Source of the DNA: Bacteriovoracia bacterium
GTDB taxonomy: Bacteria; Bdellovibrionota; UBA1018; JBFWNL01
Assembly: GCA_050251055.1 (NCBI GenBank)
Contig: JBFWNL010000001.1
Span: 757,055 to 821,054, forward strand
Length of the DNA: 64,000 nucleotides
Direction of reading: 5' to 3'
Under the pieces are notes generated by a model. It had not been told where the DNA came from. It ran no database searches and was given only the letters and a program-made list of their open reading frames with translations. Shown here in pieces: positions 9,765 to 19,439 of this stretch; position 1 is the first letter of the stretch; every line of letters begins with the position of its first letter. Both the position numbers and the translations under genes were made by a program.

Positions 9765-11651
9765 ATGATTACGGGACGGCAGAAAAGAATAACGGCATGG
9801 GTCACTTGGCTCGCGATCGCGACGACGCCGCCGTGGACCCCCGCGGTCGCGGCAAGCGACGACAACGAACGCGTGGAGCCCTTCGCCTCGCAACCGCAAA
9901 AAGTCTATGAAGACATGGTGCTCGTGCCGGCACCGAAGCCGTTTCTAATCGACATCTTCGAAGGCAATAAAAACGGCAGCACCACCGATGACGAAAAACC
10001 CTACAACCTGCAGACCGTGGAAGCCGCGGCCGCCACTTGCGCCCAGATGGGTAAAAGATTGCCGACCCAGGCGGAATGGCTCGCCGCCGCCAGCGCCCTT
10101 GGCAAGAACAGAAAATACACCCTTGTCGGGGACAAGCTCACTCCGCCCTCCCGCGGCGAATGGGCGGTGAATATCAAGGGCCCAGAAAGCTACGGCACGC
10201 GCGACTGGCCTAAGCTCGGCATCGACGCCATCGGCACGGTCGGCATGACGGGGAACCGCCCCGAATGGGTGTCCGACGGCCCCGCCCCCACCCAGTGCGG
10301 CGGCGGATATGAAGTGAGCGATCCCTCGGACGTGGAACTCAGCCGCATCTGTAGCACCCGAGCGGAAGGCCGCTGGCGCCGCCGCCAGCTCACCGGCACC
10401 GTCCGGTGCGTGGTGGATTACCAGCCCGGCGATCCGGTGGAAGTGCGCTACACGTCGTTCGTCAACGGCAAGCTCAAGGACTACGTGACCCAAAACACCC
10501 CGGCGGTGGTACCCGCGCCGGAGGTACTAGGACCCTACGACAAAATCAGAACCGCCTGCGAGCAGGCGGTCGCGAACCCCAACCAGGTGTCTTGGCGGGG
10601 GCCGTTAAAAGACGGCTTCGATGGCACCCAGCTTTACTACGCCTTAGTGGAAGTCGTGCACGCGAGCAATCCGCTCGGCATCCGCTACTTCGACTGCCGT
10701 TATTTCGGCGCCACGGGCGTGCGTAAACTTCCTCGCAACCACGACCCCATGGCTTTCATGCAGGTCACCCTGAACGCGAAAACCTGGGACGCCTGGCTGC
10801 AAATCCCGATATTCCGGGATCACTCGTACGGGGACTGGATCGATTTCGAGCGGGAGATCCTCGAGTCCCTGAGCTGGAAAGGCCTGCAGCTCCCCGCCGA
10901 GTACCGCGAATTCCAGCGCCTGATCGATCAGGACCTGGTTCAGGAAGCCATCTGGGAGCTCACGGACGCGGGCGATACCCAAATCTCCGCCAAGCTCCGC
11001 AAGGCCCTACGACGGGATCTGACTTCTGCGAAGATTGCTTCCGAATCGAACTTCACCGCCAACGGTGGGGTAGCAATAAAATCCAAGCTGCAGCTCGAAT
11101 CTGGCTTGGCGGCGATCTTTAAGGCCCAGAACGCCGGTTACGATCACTACCCCAGCGAAGTAGCGGTATCCCTGATCGACGAGATGCTGGGGATGAATTT
11201 CGTGCCCATGGCGGTGATTCGCCAGAACTCCACCGGCGTAGAGGGCTCAGCCGCTTACTTCGTAAAGAACGGAGATACCGCTGGCAATACCGGCCGTACC
11301 ACCAAGATCTCTATGCTCGTCGTGCTCGATAACCTGATCAATAACCCGGATCGGCACCAGGGGAATTACATGTGGATCGACCACATCCAAAAACAAATTG
11401 CCATCGACCACAACCGCGCGTTCGAGGTCTACCGGGAATACAGCGCCTATGCGTACGGAACTATCACCTCCATCCCTAGCCGGGATCTGCATCAGCGACT
11501 GAAGGACCTGACCCCCGAGATCATCGACAGCCGCTTCGCGACCCTTCTGCCTTCGGCTTTTCGGGAGCGCTTCAAAGCGAATCGCACGCAGGTTTTGGCT
11601 ACGTTCGATGCCTTAGTGCAAAGAAACGGCAGTCGCGCTTACGAGAAGTGA
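9765..11651 (+). CDS. Exported protein: N-terminal FGE-sulfatase-like domain + C-terminal PI3K/PI4K-like atypical kinase domain
   Basis: CAQMGKRLPTQAEW..MTGNRPEWV..VRC (FGE-like); IFKAQ, SEVAVSLIDEMLGMNFVP, NNPDRHQGN, IAIDHNRAF (kinase). Confidence 0.7.
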   Translation: MITGRQKRITAWVTWLAIATTPPWTPAVAASDDNERVEPFASQPQKVYEDMVLVPAPKPFLIDIFEGNKNGSTTDDEKPYNLQTVEAAAATCAQMGKRLPTQAEWLAAASALGKNRKYTLVGDKLTPPSRGEWAVNIKGPESYGTRDWPKLGIDAIGTVGMTGNRPEWVSDGPAPTQCGGGYEVSDPSDVELSRICSTRAEGRWRRRQLTGTVRCVVDYQPGDPVEVRYTSFVNGKLKDYVTQNTPAVVPAPEVLGPYDKIRTACEQAVANPNQVSWRGPLKDGFDGTQLYYALVEVVHASNPLGIRYFDCRYFGATGVRKLPRNHDPMAFMQVTLNAKTWDAWLQIPIFRDHSYGDWIDFEREILESLSWKGLQLPAEYREFQRLIDQDLVQEAIWELTDAGDTQISAKLRKALRRDLTSAKIASESNFTANGGVAIKSKLQLESGLAAIFKAQNAGYDHYPSEVAVSLIDEMLGMNFVPMAVIRQNSTGVEGSAAYFVKNGDTAGNTGRTTKISMLVVLDNLINNPDRHQGNYMWIDHIQKQIAIDHNRAFEVYREYSAYAYGTITSIPSRDLHQRLKDLTPEIIDSRFATLLPSAFRERFKANRTQVLATFDALVQRNGSRAYEK

Positions 11652-11740
11652 ACTTTCCGGTTCCTGGCCAGGCGTCTAAAACTTGCGCAGCTTTACATTC
11701 ATAAATACTTATAAGCCGTTGTTATTAATGGATAATCATC

Positions 11741-11756
11741 TGGTTCAAGTCTTGCT
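11741..11756 (+). promoter_or_regulatory. Putative sigma54 (-24/-12) promoter
   Basis: TGGTTCAAGTCTTGCT has GG-N10-GC spacing with TTGC; AT-rich tract upstream; 18 nt before ATG 11775. Confidence 0.55.
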
Positions 11757-11774
11757 CTAACTCTGGGTGGGTTT

Positions 11775-14549
11775 ATGGCCTCTTGGATGACGACCGTGTG
11801 GTCGAAGATTCAGTTCGGTGTTTTTACGGCGGTGCTATTTGTAGCGGCAGGCACCGACGCGCGTGCGGCAGGAGACCTCACCGATAAAGAAATCCAAACC
11901 CTCCGAAGCGAAATCCAAACCCTGCTGCAAAAACGCCCTCCGCCGAACGGAAAGGCATTGGCGGAAGCCCTGGACGCCCTTTACGTCCCAAAATACATGA
12001 AACTTACCCAGCCGGAGTTCAACTCGGTGCTAGGCGCGCTCGCGATCGAAGAGCTCACCCGGCAGCTCGAAGACATCGACGGTCGTTATCTGAAATTTCT
12101 CCGGGCGGGGACCCAGCGAGAGCTCCATGAGGTCATGGCCCGGATCGAAGCCTTTGGACAAGCCGTGGATTTACGCCTCCCCCTCCCCACTCATCGTTAC
12201 CTGCGAAGCGGGCGACCGGAGCGCTTCTGTCGCCTCACCCTGCGACTGCTCCCTTCCTCACTCTCACCTGCCCACGAGTTGCGGGTGATGGAAACGCTCG
12301 TAGTCACCCACCAGCTCACCCGTCATGATGGGGGATGGACCGCGGATGGGGTCGAAAAACTCTTGCAGCAGGTCCACGCGAGCTTGCGCCGGGCCTACTG
12401 GGCGTCGTGGCGCCCTTTCCTAGCCAACGAGGCGAATCGCCCGAGCGCGCTTCGGTCCCGGGCATTTCCCGTAGGCTCGGCCATGCTGATCCACGATCAC
12501 GATGCATCGGAGTTACTCGATTGGCAGGTGGGTTGGACGGGCAACGATACCGCCGTCAAGGCCCGTCAGGAAGTGCAAGCAGCCGCCGAAAGCTTGGTGC
12601 ACGCGCTGGGCAGTCCCGCGATCATACGGCACCCGCGAATCGTGTCTTTGCTTCAGGACGTGGCTCGCCTGCGGGATAACGCCGGGGTCACGGCCGAAGA
12701 ACTGCTAGGCCAGATCCTCGCCCCCATGGACGCCCGAGACGTGCTGGCAATCGAAAGAAAATTTGCTCCTGGGCTGACCCAAGATTTGAATTGGATGTCC
12801 CAACGCGCGCTCCGGCGCCTCACCCAGGCCGACGGCGTCGCGCCAGCGCCTCCCCTCGCGCCCGAGCACGCAATTCTAACCGCTGGCCTAAAATGGCACG
12901 CCAAGAAACGGCTCAACGAGGACGAACTCGCGCTCTACCAGGCCCTCCGCGGCCAGGGCGACGACCCGATCGCGGCCCTAAACAAGCATTTAGGGTATTT
13001 AGGTAACTTCCGGCACCGCCAGTTCGCGATACTCGAAGCAGGCCTTTACTCGGCCAGGCCCCAGGTGGAAACCGAGGCCGAAGGACTCGCCTTCGCCGAC
13101 TTCTTAGCCAACCAGCGCGACATAAAATTAGGCGATCCCGCCCGCCCGGGGGCCTTCAGCGTCGCTGCCAACGAAGCGTTGATTCGTCGAGTCTGGTGCC
13201 CCGAGGATTGGGGGATTACCGAAATCGACACCGAAGGGGGCCGGGCGAAATACGCCACGATCCTAATGCGGCTTCGCCGGGTACAGTTCCTGCTCCCCCA
13301 CGCGGAAGATGCCTTGCGGGCAAAGATTGGGTACGAAGATCCAGAGGTGTTCAACGAACTCCTGAAAAGCGCCGAATTTCGCGCCGAGCTTGCCACCACG
13401 ATCCGCGCGATGGCCACGGGATTCGCAATTTCTCGCGCCGAAATGCTGGCCGTGTTGGACCGCCCGGAAATCCAGGCCCTCGTCTTTAAGGACGAAAAAT
13501 CCCAGGCCTGGTTTGCCGCCCTGAACCAGAATGCCGTGGCTAACCCACTTCCCGTGCTGGAGCCGGAGGATGCTTTCTGGGTATGGATGCCGTTTTTTTG
13601 GGAACGGGCGCAGTCGGCCGAGCAACGCGCGCGCTTGGTGAAGTTCACTACCGGGCGCCTTCGCTGGCAACACTACCGCCCGAACAAACAACACTGGGTT
13701 CGGTACCTCGAGAGTACGCCCACTTTGCTCCACCCCCAAACCGCCGATCCGGTCCGGGTGCTCGCGGACTTACAGATCCTGAGCAGCATGAGCTACTTCA
13801 ACGAACCGCTAGAAGAACTAGCGTTACGGCACCTGCCCAGCCTCGTTTGGCTACGATTCCATCACCCGCTCGTGGAAGCTCGTACCATCGTGAGAAAAAT
13901 CCTGGACAAGGCGCTCATCGACGAAGCCTATGCGCCCGCCGGTATCGATCTTGGCCGATACGAGACCGAGCGGCTGGAGGAGCTGGATCGCCTGACCGAG
14001 CTTGACGAGGTCATCCGCTTTAACCCCCGATCGGCGCGGGAGCGCCAGAAATGGGAAACCGCGGTCCTCGCGCGCGCCGAAAAATTTCGCGAAAGCGGCC
14101 ACTACTGGTTCTTGAAGTTCATCGCTCGCCCCGAACCTGCCCAAGCCTCGGATAGTCCCGCCGTGAAAAAATTCATCGGCAGCTTGCTGGCGAAGATTGG
14201 TGACTTTGAATCGTTCCTCGGGATCGACGGCGACCCAAAAAATCCGAGTTCCCTAAAAATTGATCTGAGTGGCTCCGGTACTTATAGGAGCCTGAATGCG
14301 ACGAAGGTACTGACTCTGCTCATAGATTTCGCCAACGACGAAGCCTTCCATGCGGAAGAGCTACTGGCTTACGTAAAAAAGCACGAAGAGATCCTCCTCT
14401 ACATTGCGGCCGATCCGACGCTTTCCCCACCCAATCTCGGGGAAGCCCTCGAAAAACTGGGGCTCACCCTCCGGCCGGCTGATCTAAAGCAAGTCCAGCA
14501 GAAGCTACAAGAAGAGCAAAACTACCGCGACGCCTGCGAGCGCGACTAA
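11775..14549 (+). CDS. Large secreted hypothetical protein (924 aa, likely alpha-helical)
   Basis: Long ORF, signal peptide ending ARA; no motif recognised. Confidence 0.7.
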   Translation: MASWMTTVWSKIQFGVFTAVLFVAAGTDARAAGDLTDKEIQTLRSEIQTLLQKRPPPNGKALAEALDALYVPKYMKLTQPEFNSVLGALAIEELTRQLEDIDGRYLKFLRAGTQRELHEVMARIEAFGQAVDLRLPLPTHRYLRSGRPERFCRLTLRLLPSSLSPAHELRVMETLVVTHQLTRHDGGWTADGVEKLLQQVHASLRRAYWASWRPFLANEANRPSALRSRAFPVGSAMLIHDHDASELLDWQVGWTGNDTAVKARQEVQAAAESLVHALGSPAIIRHPRIVSLLQDVARLRDNAGVTAEELLGQILAPMDARDVLAIERKFAPGLTQDLNWMSQRALRRLTQADGVAPAPPLAPEHAILTAGLKWHAKKRLNEDELALYQALRGQGDDPIAALNKHLGYLGNFRHRQFAILEAGLYSARPQVETEAEGLAFADFLANQRDIKLGDPARPGAFSVAANEALIRRVWCPEDWGITEIDTEGGRAKYATILMRLRRVQFLLPHAEDALRAKIGYEDPEVFNELLKSAEFRAELATTIRAMATGFAISRAEMLAVLDRPEIQALVFKDEKSQAWFAALNQNAVANPLPVLEPEDAFWVWMPFFWERAQSAEQRARLVKFTTGRLRWQHYRPNKQHWVRYLESTPTLLHPQTADPVRVLADLQILSSMSYFNEPLEELALRHLPSLVWLRFHHPLVEARTIVRKILDKALIDEAYAPAGIDLGRYETERLEELDRLTELDEVIRFNPRSARERQKWETAVLARAEKFRESGHYWFLKFIARPEPAQASDSPAVKKFIGSLLAKIGDFESFLGIDGDPKNPSSLKIDLSGSGTYRSLNATKVLTLLIDFANDEAFHAEELLAYVKKHEEILLYIAADPTLSPPNLGEALEKLGLTLRPADLKQVQQKLQEEQNYRDACERD

Positions 14550-16465
14550 GGGCGTCCGAAGGTGGTTTTTCCCGGTACCCGATGCACGGCCGTGGTCGGC
14601 ATGCGTTCGCGTCGGTCATTCCCCACGCCTTCGTACTCCCAGCGCAAGGAGCCTAGGTTTTGGGGCGAAGGCACGGTCTTCGCGTCAGTCACGAGCAGCT
14701 TGTAGCCGAAATCCCAGCCCAGCGGCAGGCTGATCGAGCCCACCCACTTACCGCCGAAGATTTCCTCGCGGTAAGTGAAGAGTTCCACCGCGCCGCCCTG
14801 ATTAGCATTGAGCTGGGGCACCCAAGCCCAAACGCGCTGACCATCGCCGAACTTCGCCGGCACCCCTTCGGCCGATAGAATCAGGGAAGCCTTCGCTCCC
14901 GGCTGCCATTTCGAGCTCTCGCTCGCGGCGCAGGCGGTGACCTGCCCCATGAGGGCGTTCAGGCACGTCGTGTGCTTCACGACGAAATCCAGATCGTCCT
15001 TCCAACCCGGGTGTTCGGGATCTTGGCGATACCGATAGACAAAGAGCTCGGACATTACTTCTCGCAGGTAAATCGAAGCCACGTCGCGATTCTTGATCAC
15101 GAGCAGGTTCTCGTCGTTCTTGGTCATGGCGCCAGCCGACCAGTTGGCCGAACCGTTGACGAGCACCAATCCCTTCGGCGTACCGATCACCGCGAACTTG
15201 TTATGCACGCATCCGTAAGCGGTGGTGATCTCGTTCTTCAAGATGGTGAGTGATTTATCACTCACGCCCGCTTCCTCGCCGCGCGTAACGCCCAGCTCGG
15301 CGAGTTTTCCCAGCTGCTGCTGGAAGTTTGGATCGGCTTCCCGACCCGCGTCGAAGAAGACCCGCAGGCGCACGCCCGCTTTTTTCATCTGAATGAGCGT
15401 GTCCGTGAGGCGGGTGTTGGTAATGAAATTAGTGGAGATATACGCGAACGATCTCGCGGGTTCCGCCAAGGTCGCGGACAACTGCTGCGCGATTGCGCCT
15501 TCGACATCGTCTTCCGGGCTAAAGTAAGCAGCGACCTCCTGGTTTTCCTGCGCCTTCAGCTGGTCGGGCCGGGCCTGGGCGGTGGAGGTCCCGTCCACAA
15601 AGCGCTCGCGCTTCCCCACCTGCTCGGCCAGCTGCACGTAACGGGCGTCGTTCACGCACTCGGCAAGATTCTTGAGCCGGCTTTGGTTGAATTGATTGAG
15701 CACGCCCATTCCGGGCATGGTTTTCTTCGGGTCTTTGGGATCGACCTGAACCGTTAGCTTCTGGCAGCCCGGTTGTGCGGTCACGACCGTCTTCGGTAAG
15801 CCTCCCGTGGTAACGTATTCGGTAAAACCAGCGTCCCACTTTTCGTTGCCGGTGCCGCACGCTGCGGTAGGGGTGGCAAAGAGCGCGCAGGCGATCTGCG
15901 AAACGTCGCGTAGCTCATCAAGCTCATCGGAAAATTTTTGGATCGTCTGCGCGTCGCGAATCGCGAGCACGTTTTCGTAGTTCGCCACCAACCCCGAGTA
16001 GGTGAAGTTGGCCGAGCCCATCAGCAAGATCTCGCCATCAATAATGATGATCTTATTGTGCATCTGAGGATTTCCGCCTCGCATCACCGGAATGAGGTGG
16101 CGCGTGACGTTTGGCTGAGATGCTAGCGCGCCGTAAACTGGCGAAACGTCGCCCGAGCTCGCCCGCGCGTGGTCGAAGTCGAGCAGAAACTCAATCTTCA
16201 CTCCGCGCTTGGCGGCGGACTTCAGGATTTCCGAGAAATGCCGCACGTCCATGTTGTAGGTCGCGATGCGGATGGATTTCTTGGCGTTCGCTAAGTAATG
16301 GCCGACCGCCTGAATGGGCATGTCCGCCGGAGCGAAATAAGCGCAGTACTTGCTGCTGGCGGTGCAAGTACCCGCGAAGTGCGCAGGCAAGGGCGCGGCC
16401 ATCGCCGACGTTACGAATGAAAACCCAATCGAGGCCAACCCAGCGAGAGGAAAACGGTAGTTCAT
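14546..16465 (-). CDS. Secreted phospholipase D/Nuc-family protein with two HKD modules and a CBM20-like C-terminus
   Basis: MHNKIIIID..GSANFT..NYEN and VHNKFAVIG..GSANWS..NDEN; C-terminal WVGSISLP..FGYKLLV..WEYEG..NDR. Confidence 0.8.
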   Translation of the reverse strand: MNYRFPLAGLASIGFSFVTSAMAAPLPAHFAGTCTASSKYCAYFAPADMPIQAVGHYLANAKKSIRIATYNMDVRHFSEILKSAAKRGVKIEFLLDFDHARASSGDVSPVYGALASQPNVTRHLIPVMRGGNPQMHNKIIIIDGEILLMGSANFTYSGLVANYENVLAIRDAQTIQKFSDELDELRDVSQIACALFATPTAACGTGNEKWDAGFTEYVTTGGLPKTVVTAQPGCQKLTVQVDPKDPKKTMPGMGVLNQFNQSRLKNLAECVNDARYVQLAEQVGKRERFVDGTSTAQARPDQLKAQENQEVAAYFSPEDDVEGAIAQQLSATLAEPARSFAYISTNFITNTRLTDTLIQMKKAGVRLRVFFDAGREADPNFQQQLGKLAELGVTRGEEAGVSDKSLTILKNEITTAYGCVHNKFAVIGTPKGLVLVNGSANWSAGAMTKNDENLLVIKNRDVASIYLREVMSELFVYRYRQDPEHPGWKDDLDFVVKHTTCLNALMGQVTACAASESSKWQPGAKASLILSAEGVPAKFGDGQRVWAWVPQLNANQGGAVELFTYREEIFGGKWVGSISLPLGWDFGYKLLVTDAKTVPSPQNLGSLRWEYEGVGNDRRERMPTTAVHRVPGKTTFGRP

Positions 16466-16629
16466 GCGTCGGAGATACCCGAGAATTCAAAATAACGCAA
16501 TGCATTGATATTTCTTCCTTTTTGCCCCTATCCTCCTGAAATAAAGAGAAAATAACGACTCGCTTGCGGGTACGGTTGACGCGAGAGAACACCCGCGATA
16601 ACTAGACCTCGCCGATTCATTTTTAATGT

Positions 16630-16704
16630 TGGAGTGTAGCTCAGCGGCAGAGCACGCCCTTCACACGGGCGGGGTCGTAGGTTCAATCCCTATCACTCCA
16701 ACCA
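16630..16704 (+). tRNA. tRNA-Val (CAC)
   Basis: Acceptor stem TGGAGTG/CACTCCA, anticodon arm CGCCC-TTCACAC-GGGCG, GTTCAATCC T-loop, encoded CCA. Confidence 0.95.
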
Positions 16705-16815
16705 TTTTTCCCCTCCCCTCAGAAAACGCCTAGAAAACGGATTCCCTTCTCGATATCCCCGGAAATTAGCGGCTTTTTATGGATCCTGAGAAAATCAGCT
16801 CAGGGGAACCGAAAA

Positions 16816-17934
16816 ATGAAGTACGTAATCGCAAACCAGTCGGGAATGTCCTTACTGGAAACGATGGTGGTCGGATCCATCTTGATCTCCATGGGACTCA
16901 TCACCTCGTCCTTGGTCATGACCGGCGTCAAGAGCGGACGACACGTGGCTACGGTCTCCGATCTAAACACGTTGAAGTACCAGCTACGCGCGTTGGTCAA
17001 CAAAGACGCGCTCTGCGCTACCGCCTTCAAAACCGCGAACGGGGCATTGCAGTTTCAACCCAGTGCGAACCCCCAAACTCCCATCAGCATCACTCTATCC
17101 GCCATCAAATCTTGGGGAGGGGAAACCATCCTCGCGGCTCCGGGAAAGAAAATCCAAGGGGCGAAAATCACCTCCCTCCAACTGACTCAATCTCCCGTCG
17201 CTCCCGAGATGGTCGCGAATCCCAGTAATCCCAGCCAGCTTTTCATATCGACGATGGTCGCCTTGAGCGTCTCGCTTCAAACGGAACCCGGTCAAAACCT
17301 GGGCGCGCCCTACTCGACGATCGAGGTCCCATTTCAGTTGGTGGTCAACCCAGCCAACGGATACCAAGTCGTGGGCTGCTCCTTGGACGCCCAGTGGCCG
17401 GGGGCTTTCGTGCCCGTTCCCGTCGCGAGCTGCCCCTCCGGAAAAGTGGTCACGGGCTTGGGTCCGGGCGGAAATCCAATCTGCGCGTTTCCCGTGCCCG
17501 CCACCAGCTGCGCCTCGGGCACCGTGGTCACTGGACTCAATGCCAATGGTAGCCCCATCTGCGCAAACCCGCCCTCACCTCCTAACCCGGAAGTCTACGC
17601 CAGCGCATGCGCCGACTCTATCATCCTGGGAGCCTCCAGTACGACCATGTGTTGCCGAATGAACCGAAACACCGGGTCGGCCCAATGCAAGACGGGAAAC
17701 ATCAATCAAGGGGGCTACACCTCCTTGCCCGATCCCTTTCCTACCAGCACCACGGGAAACTACTCCCTGCAATGCATCGGAGGCGTCGACCCATCGCTCA
17801 GCCCACCCAATCCCCTGCTTTTTAAATGTTGCCGGACGAATAACACGAGTGGCGTCACTGCCTGCAAGTCGCTCACGACGGGGTACAGTGGCTACACTTG
17901 GGCCACGGCGGCGGGAGGAAACTTCAGTTTCTAA
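16816..17934 (+). CDS. Prepilin/pseudopilin-type protein with Cys-rich repeated C-terminal modules
   Basis: NQSG|MSLLE + hydrophobic helix (class III signal); two SCxSGxVVTGL..PICA and two CCR..CK repeats. Confidence 0.7.
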   Translation: MKYVIANQSGMSLLETMVVGSILISMGLITSSLVMTGVKSGRHVATVSDLNTLKYQLRALVNKDALCATAFKTANGALQFQPSANPQTPISITLSAIKSWGGETILAAPGKKIQGAKITSLQLTQSPVAPEMVANPSNPSQLFISTMVALSVSLQTEPGQNLGAPYSTIEVPFQLVVNPANGYQVVGCSLDAQWPGAFVPVPVASCPSGKVVTGLGPGGNPICAFPVPATSCASGTVVTGLNANGSPICANPPSPPNPEVYASACADSIILGASSTTMCCRMNRNTGSAQCKTGNINQGGYTSLPDPFPTSTTGNYSLQCIGGVDPSLSPPNPLLFKCCRTNNTSGVTACKSLTTGYSGYTWATAAGGNFSF

Positions 17935-17999
17935 CGCCCCGTCATCGCCACCGCGTTAGGTCTTCCCTCTTTTTTTATGAACTGATAGCCTAGGCCATC

Positions 18000-19439
18000 A
18001 TGAAATCTCTCTTGGATTCGGCGCAAAAAGCCGTCGGCAGCCAGGCGCAGTGGACGGGCATCCGCTGGCTCAGTGAAACGACTACCCTTCGCCAGTTCCG
18101 CGACGGAAAACCCCAGACTAACCGTAGCGATCACAGCCAGGGCGTGATGGTGGAGGTCCTGGCCGAAGGAATGTTCGCCTACGCGTCGACTCCGCAAGCC
18201 ACTCCCGCAGGCGTGGCCCAGGCGGCAAAGCAGGCGCTCGCGCAGGCCCAACGCGCGGCGCGCTTCAAAGTATTTGATTTCAACGCCCGCATGCGCCCGG
18301 CCTCGCGCGGACGTTACCAGTCGCCCGTGCGCACGCCGTTCGGATCCGTCGAGGTCGCGGCCGTCTGCGACCATCTCAAGCAAGCCTGCGAGACGCTGAA
18401 GCGCTCGCCAAAAATCATCAAGACGGAGGCCGCGGTTCGCTTGGTCGAAACGCAGATCAAGATGTACTCCAGCGCGGGCGCGGAACTAGAACAAGAATTC
18501 TCTCTCATCTCGACCGATTACAACGCCACCGCCCAGGATGCGGCCGTCATCCAGACCCGCACCGACAACGGGATGCTCGCGCGCAGCTACCAATCCGGCT
18601 TGGAAATGCTGTTTGACCCTGGCACGCAGGAACGACTACAACGGATCGCCGAGCAGGCGCTCGAACTCGTGGCCGCGCCGGAGTGCCCGACGCAAACGAC
18701 GTCGCTGGTACTGATGCCCGATCAGATGATGCTGCAGATTCACGAAAGCATCGGGCACCCGCTCGAGATCGATCGTATCTTAGGCGACGAGCGCAACTAC
18801 GCCGGCTGGAGCTTCGTGAAGCCAGAGGATTTCGGGAAACTGATCTACGGTTCGCCGTTAATGAACGTAACTTTCGACCCCACCCTCGCCCACGAGTTCG
18901 CCAGTTACGCGTTCGACGACGCGGGGGAACCGGCCAAGCGTACGCTCCTCATTGAAAAAGGGATTCTCAAACGCGGGCTGGGGGGACTAGAAAGCCAGGC
19001 GCGCTCGAACCTCGAAGGGGTGGCGAACTTCCGATCGGCGTCTTGGAACCGCGCGCCAATCGACCGCATGGCCAATCTCAATTTGGAAGCCGGCGACGCC
19101 TCCTTCGACGACATCATTACTTCGGTGGAAGACGGCGTGCTCATGGAGTCCAACCGCTCGTGGTCGATCGATGACTTCCGCAACAAATTCCAGTTCGGTT
19201 GTGAGTACGGCCGACGCATTCGCCAGGGAAAACTCGCCGAAGTCGTGCGAAACCCCAACTACCGGGGCGTCACGAACCCCTTCTGGAGGAGCCTAAAGCG
19301 CGTCGGCAACGAAGCCACTCGGCAAGCCTACGGCACGCCTTACTGCGGCAAGGGAGAACCCAATCAAATCATCCGCGTCGGGCACGCTTCGCCGGTGTGC
19401 TTGTTTAAGAACATCGAAGTCTTCGGGGGTGCCTCGTGA
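18000..19439 (+). CDS. tldD: TldD/PmbA family metalloprotease, catalytic subunit
   Basis: IHESIGHPLE zinc motif, PIDRMAN, CGKGEPNQ. Confidence 0.92.
   Translation: MKSLLDSAQKAVGSQAQWTGIRWLSETTTLRQFRDGKPQTNRSDHSQGVMVEVLAEGMFAYASTPQATPAGVAQAAKQALAQAQRAARFKVFDFNARMRPASRGRYQSPVRTPFGSVEVAAVCDHLKQACETLKRSPKIIKTEAAVRLVETQIKMYSSAGAELEQEFSLISTDYNATAQDAAVIQTRTDNGMLARSYQSGLEMLFDPGTQERLQRIAEQALELVAAPECPTQTTSLVLMPDQMMLQIHESIGHPLEIDRILGDERNYAGWSFVKPEDFGKLIYGSPLMNVTFDPTLAHEFASYAFDDAGEPAKRTLLIEKGILKRGLGGLESQARSNLEGVANFRSASWNRAPIDRMANLNLEAGDASFDDIITSVEDGVLMESNRSWSIDDFRNKFQFGCEYGRRIRQGKLAEVVRNPNYRGVTNPFWRSLKRVGNEATRQAYGTPYCGKGEPNQIIRVGHASPVCLFKNIEVFGGAS

Noticed and set aside
16705-17990. Integrated element at tRNA-Val
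   Set aside because: No integrase, no duplicated tRNA 3' end noticed, and no strong compositional shift
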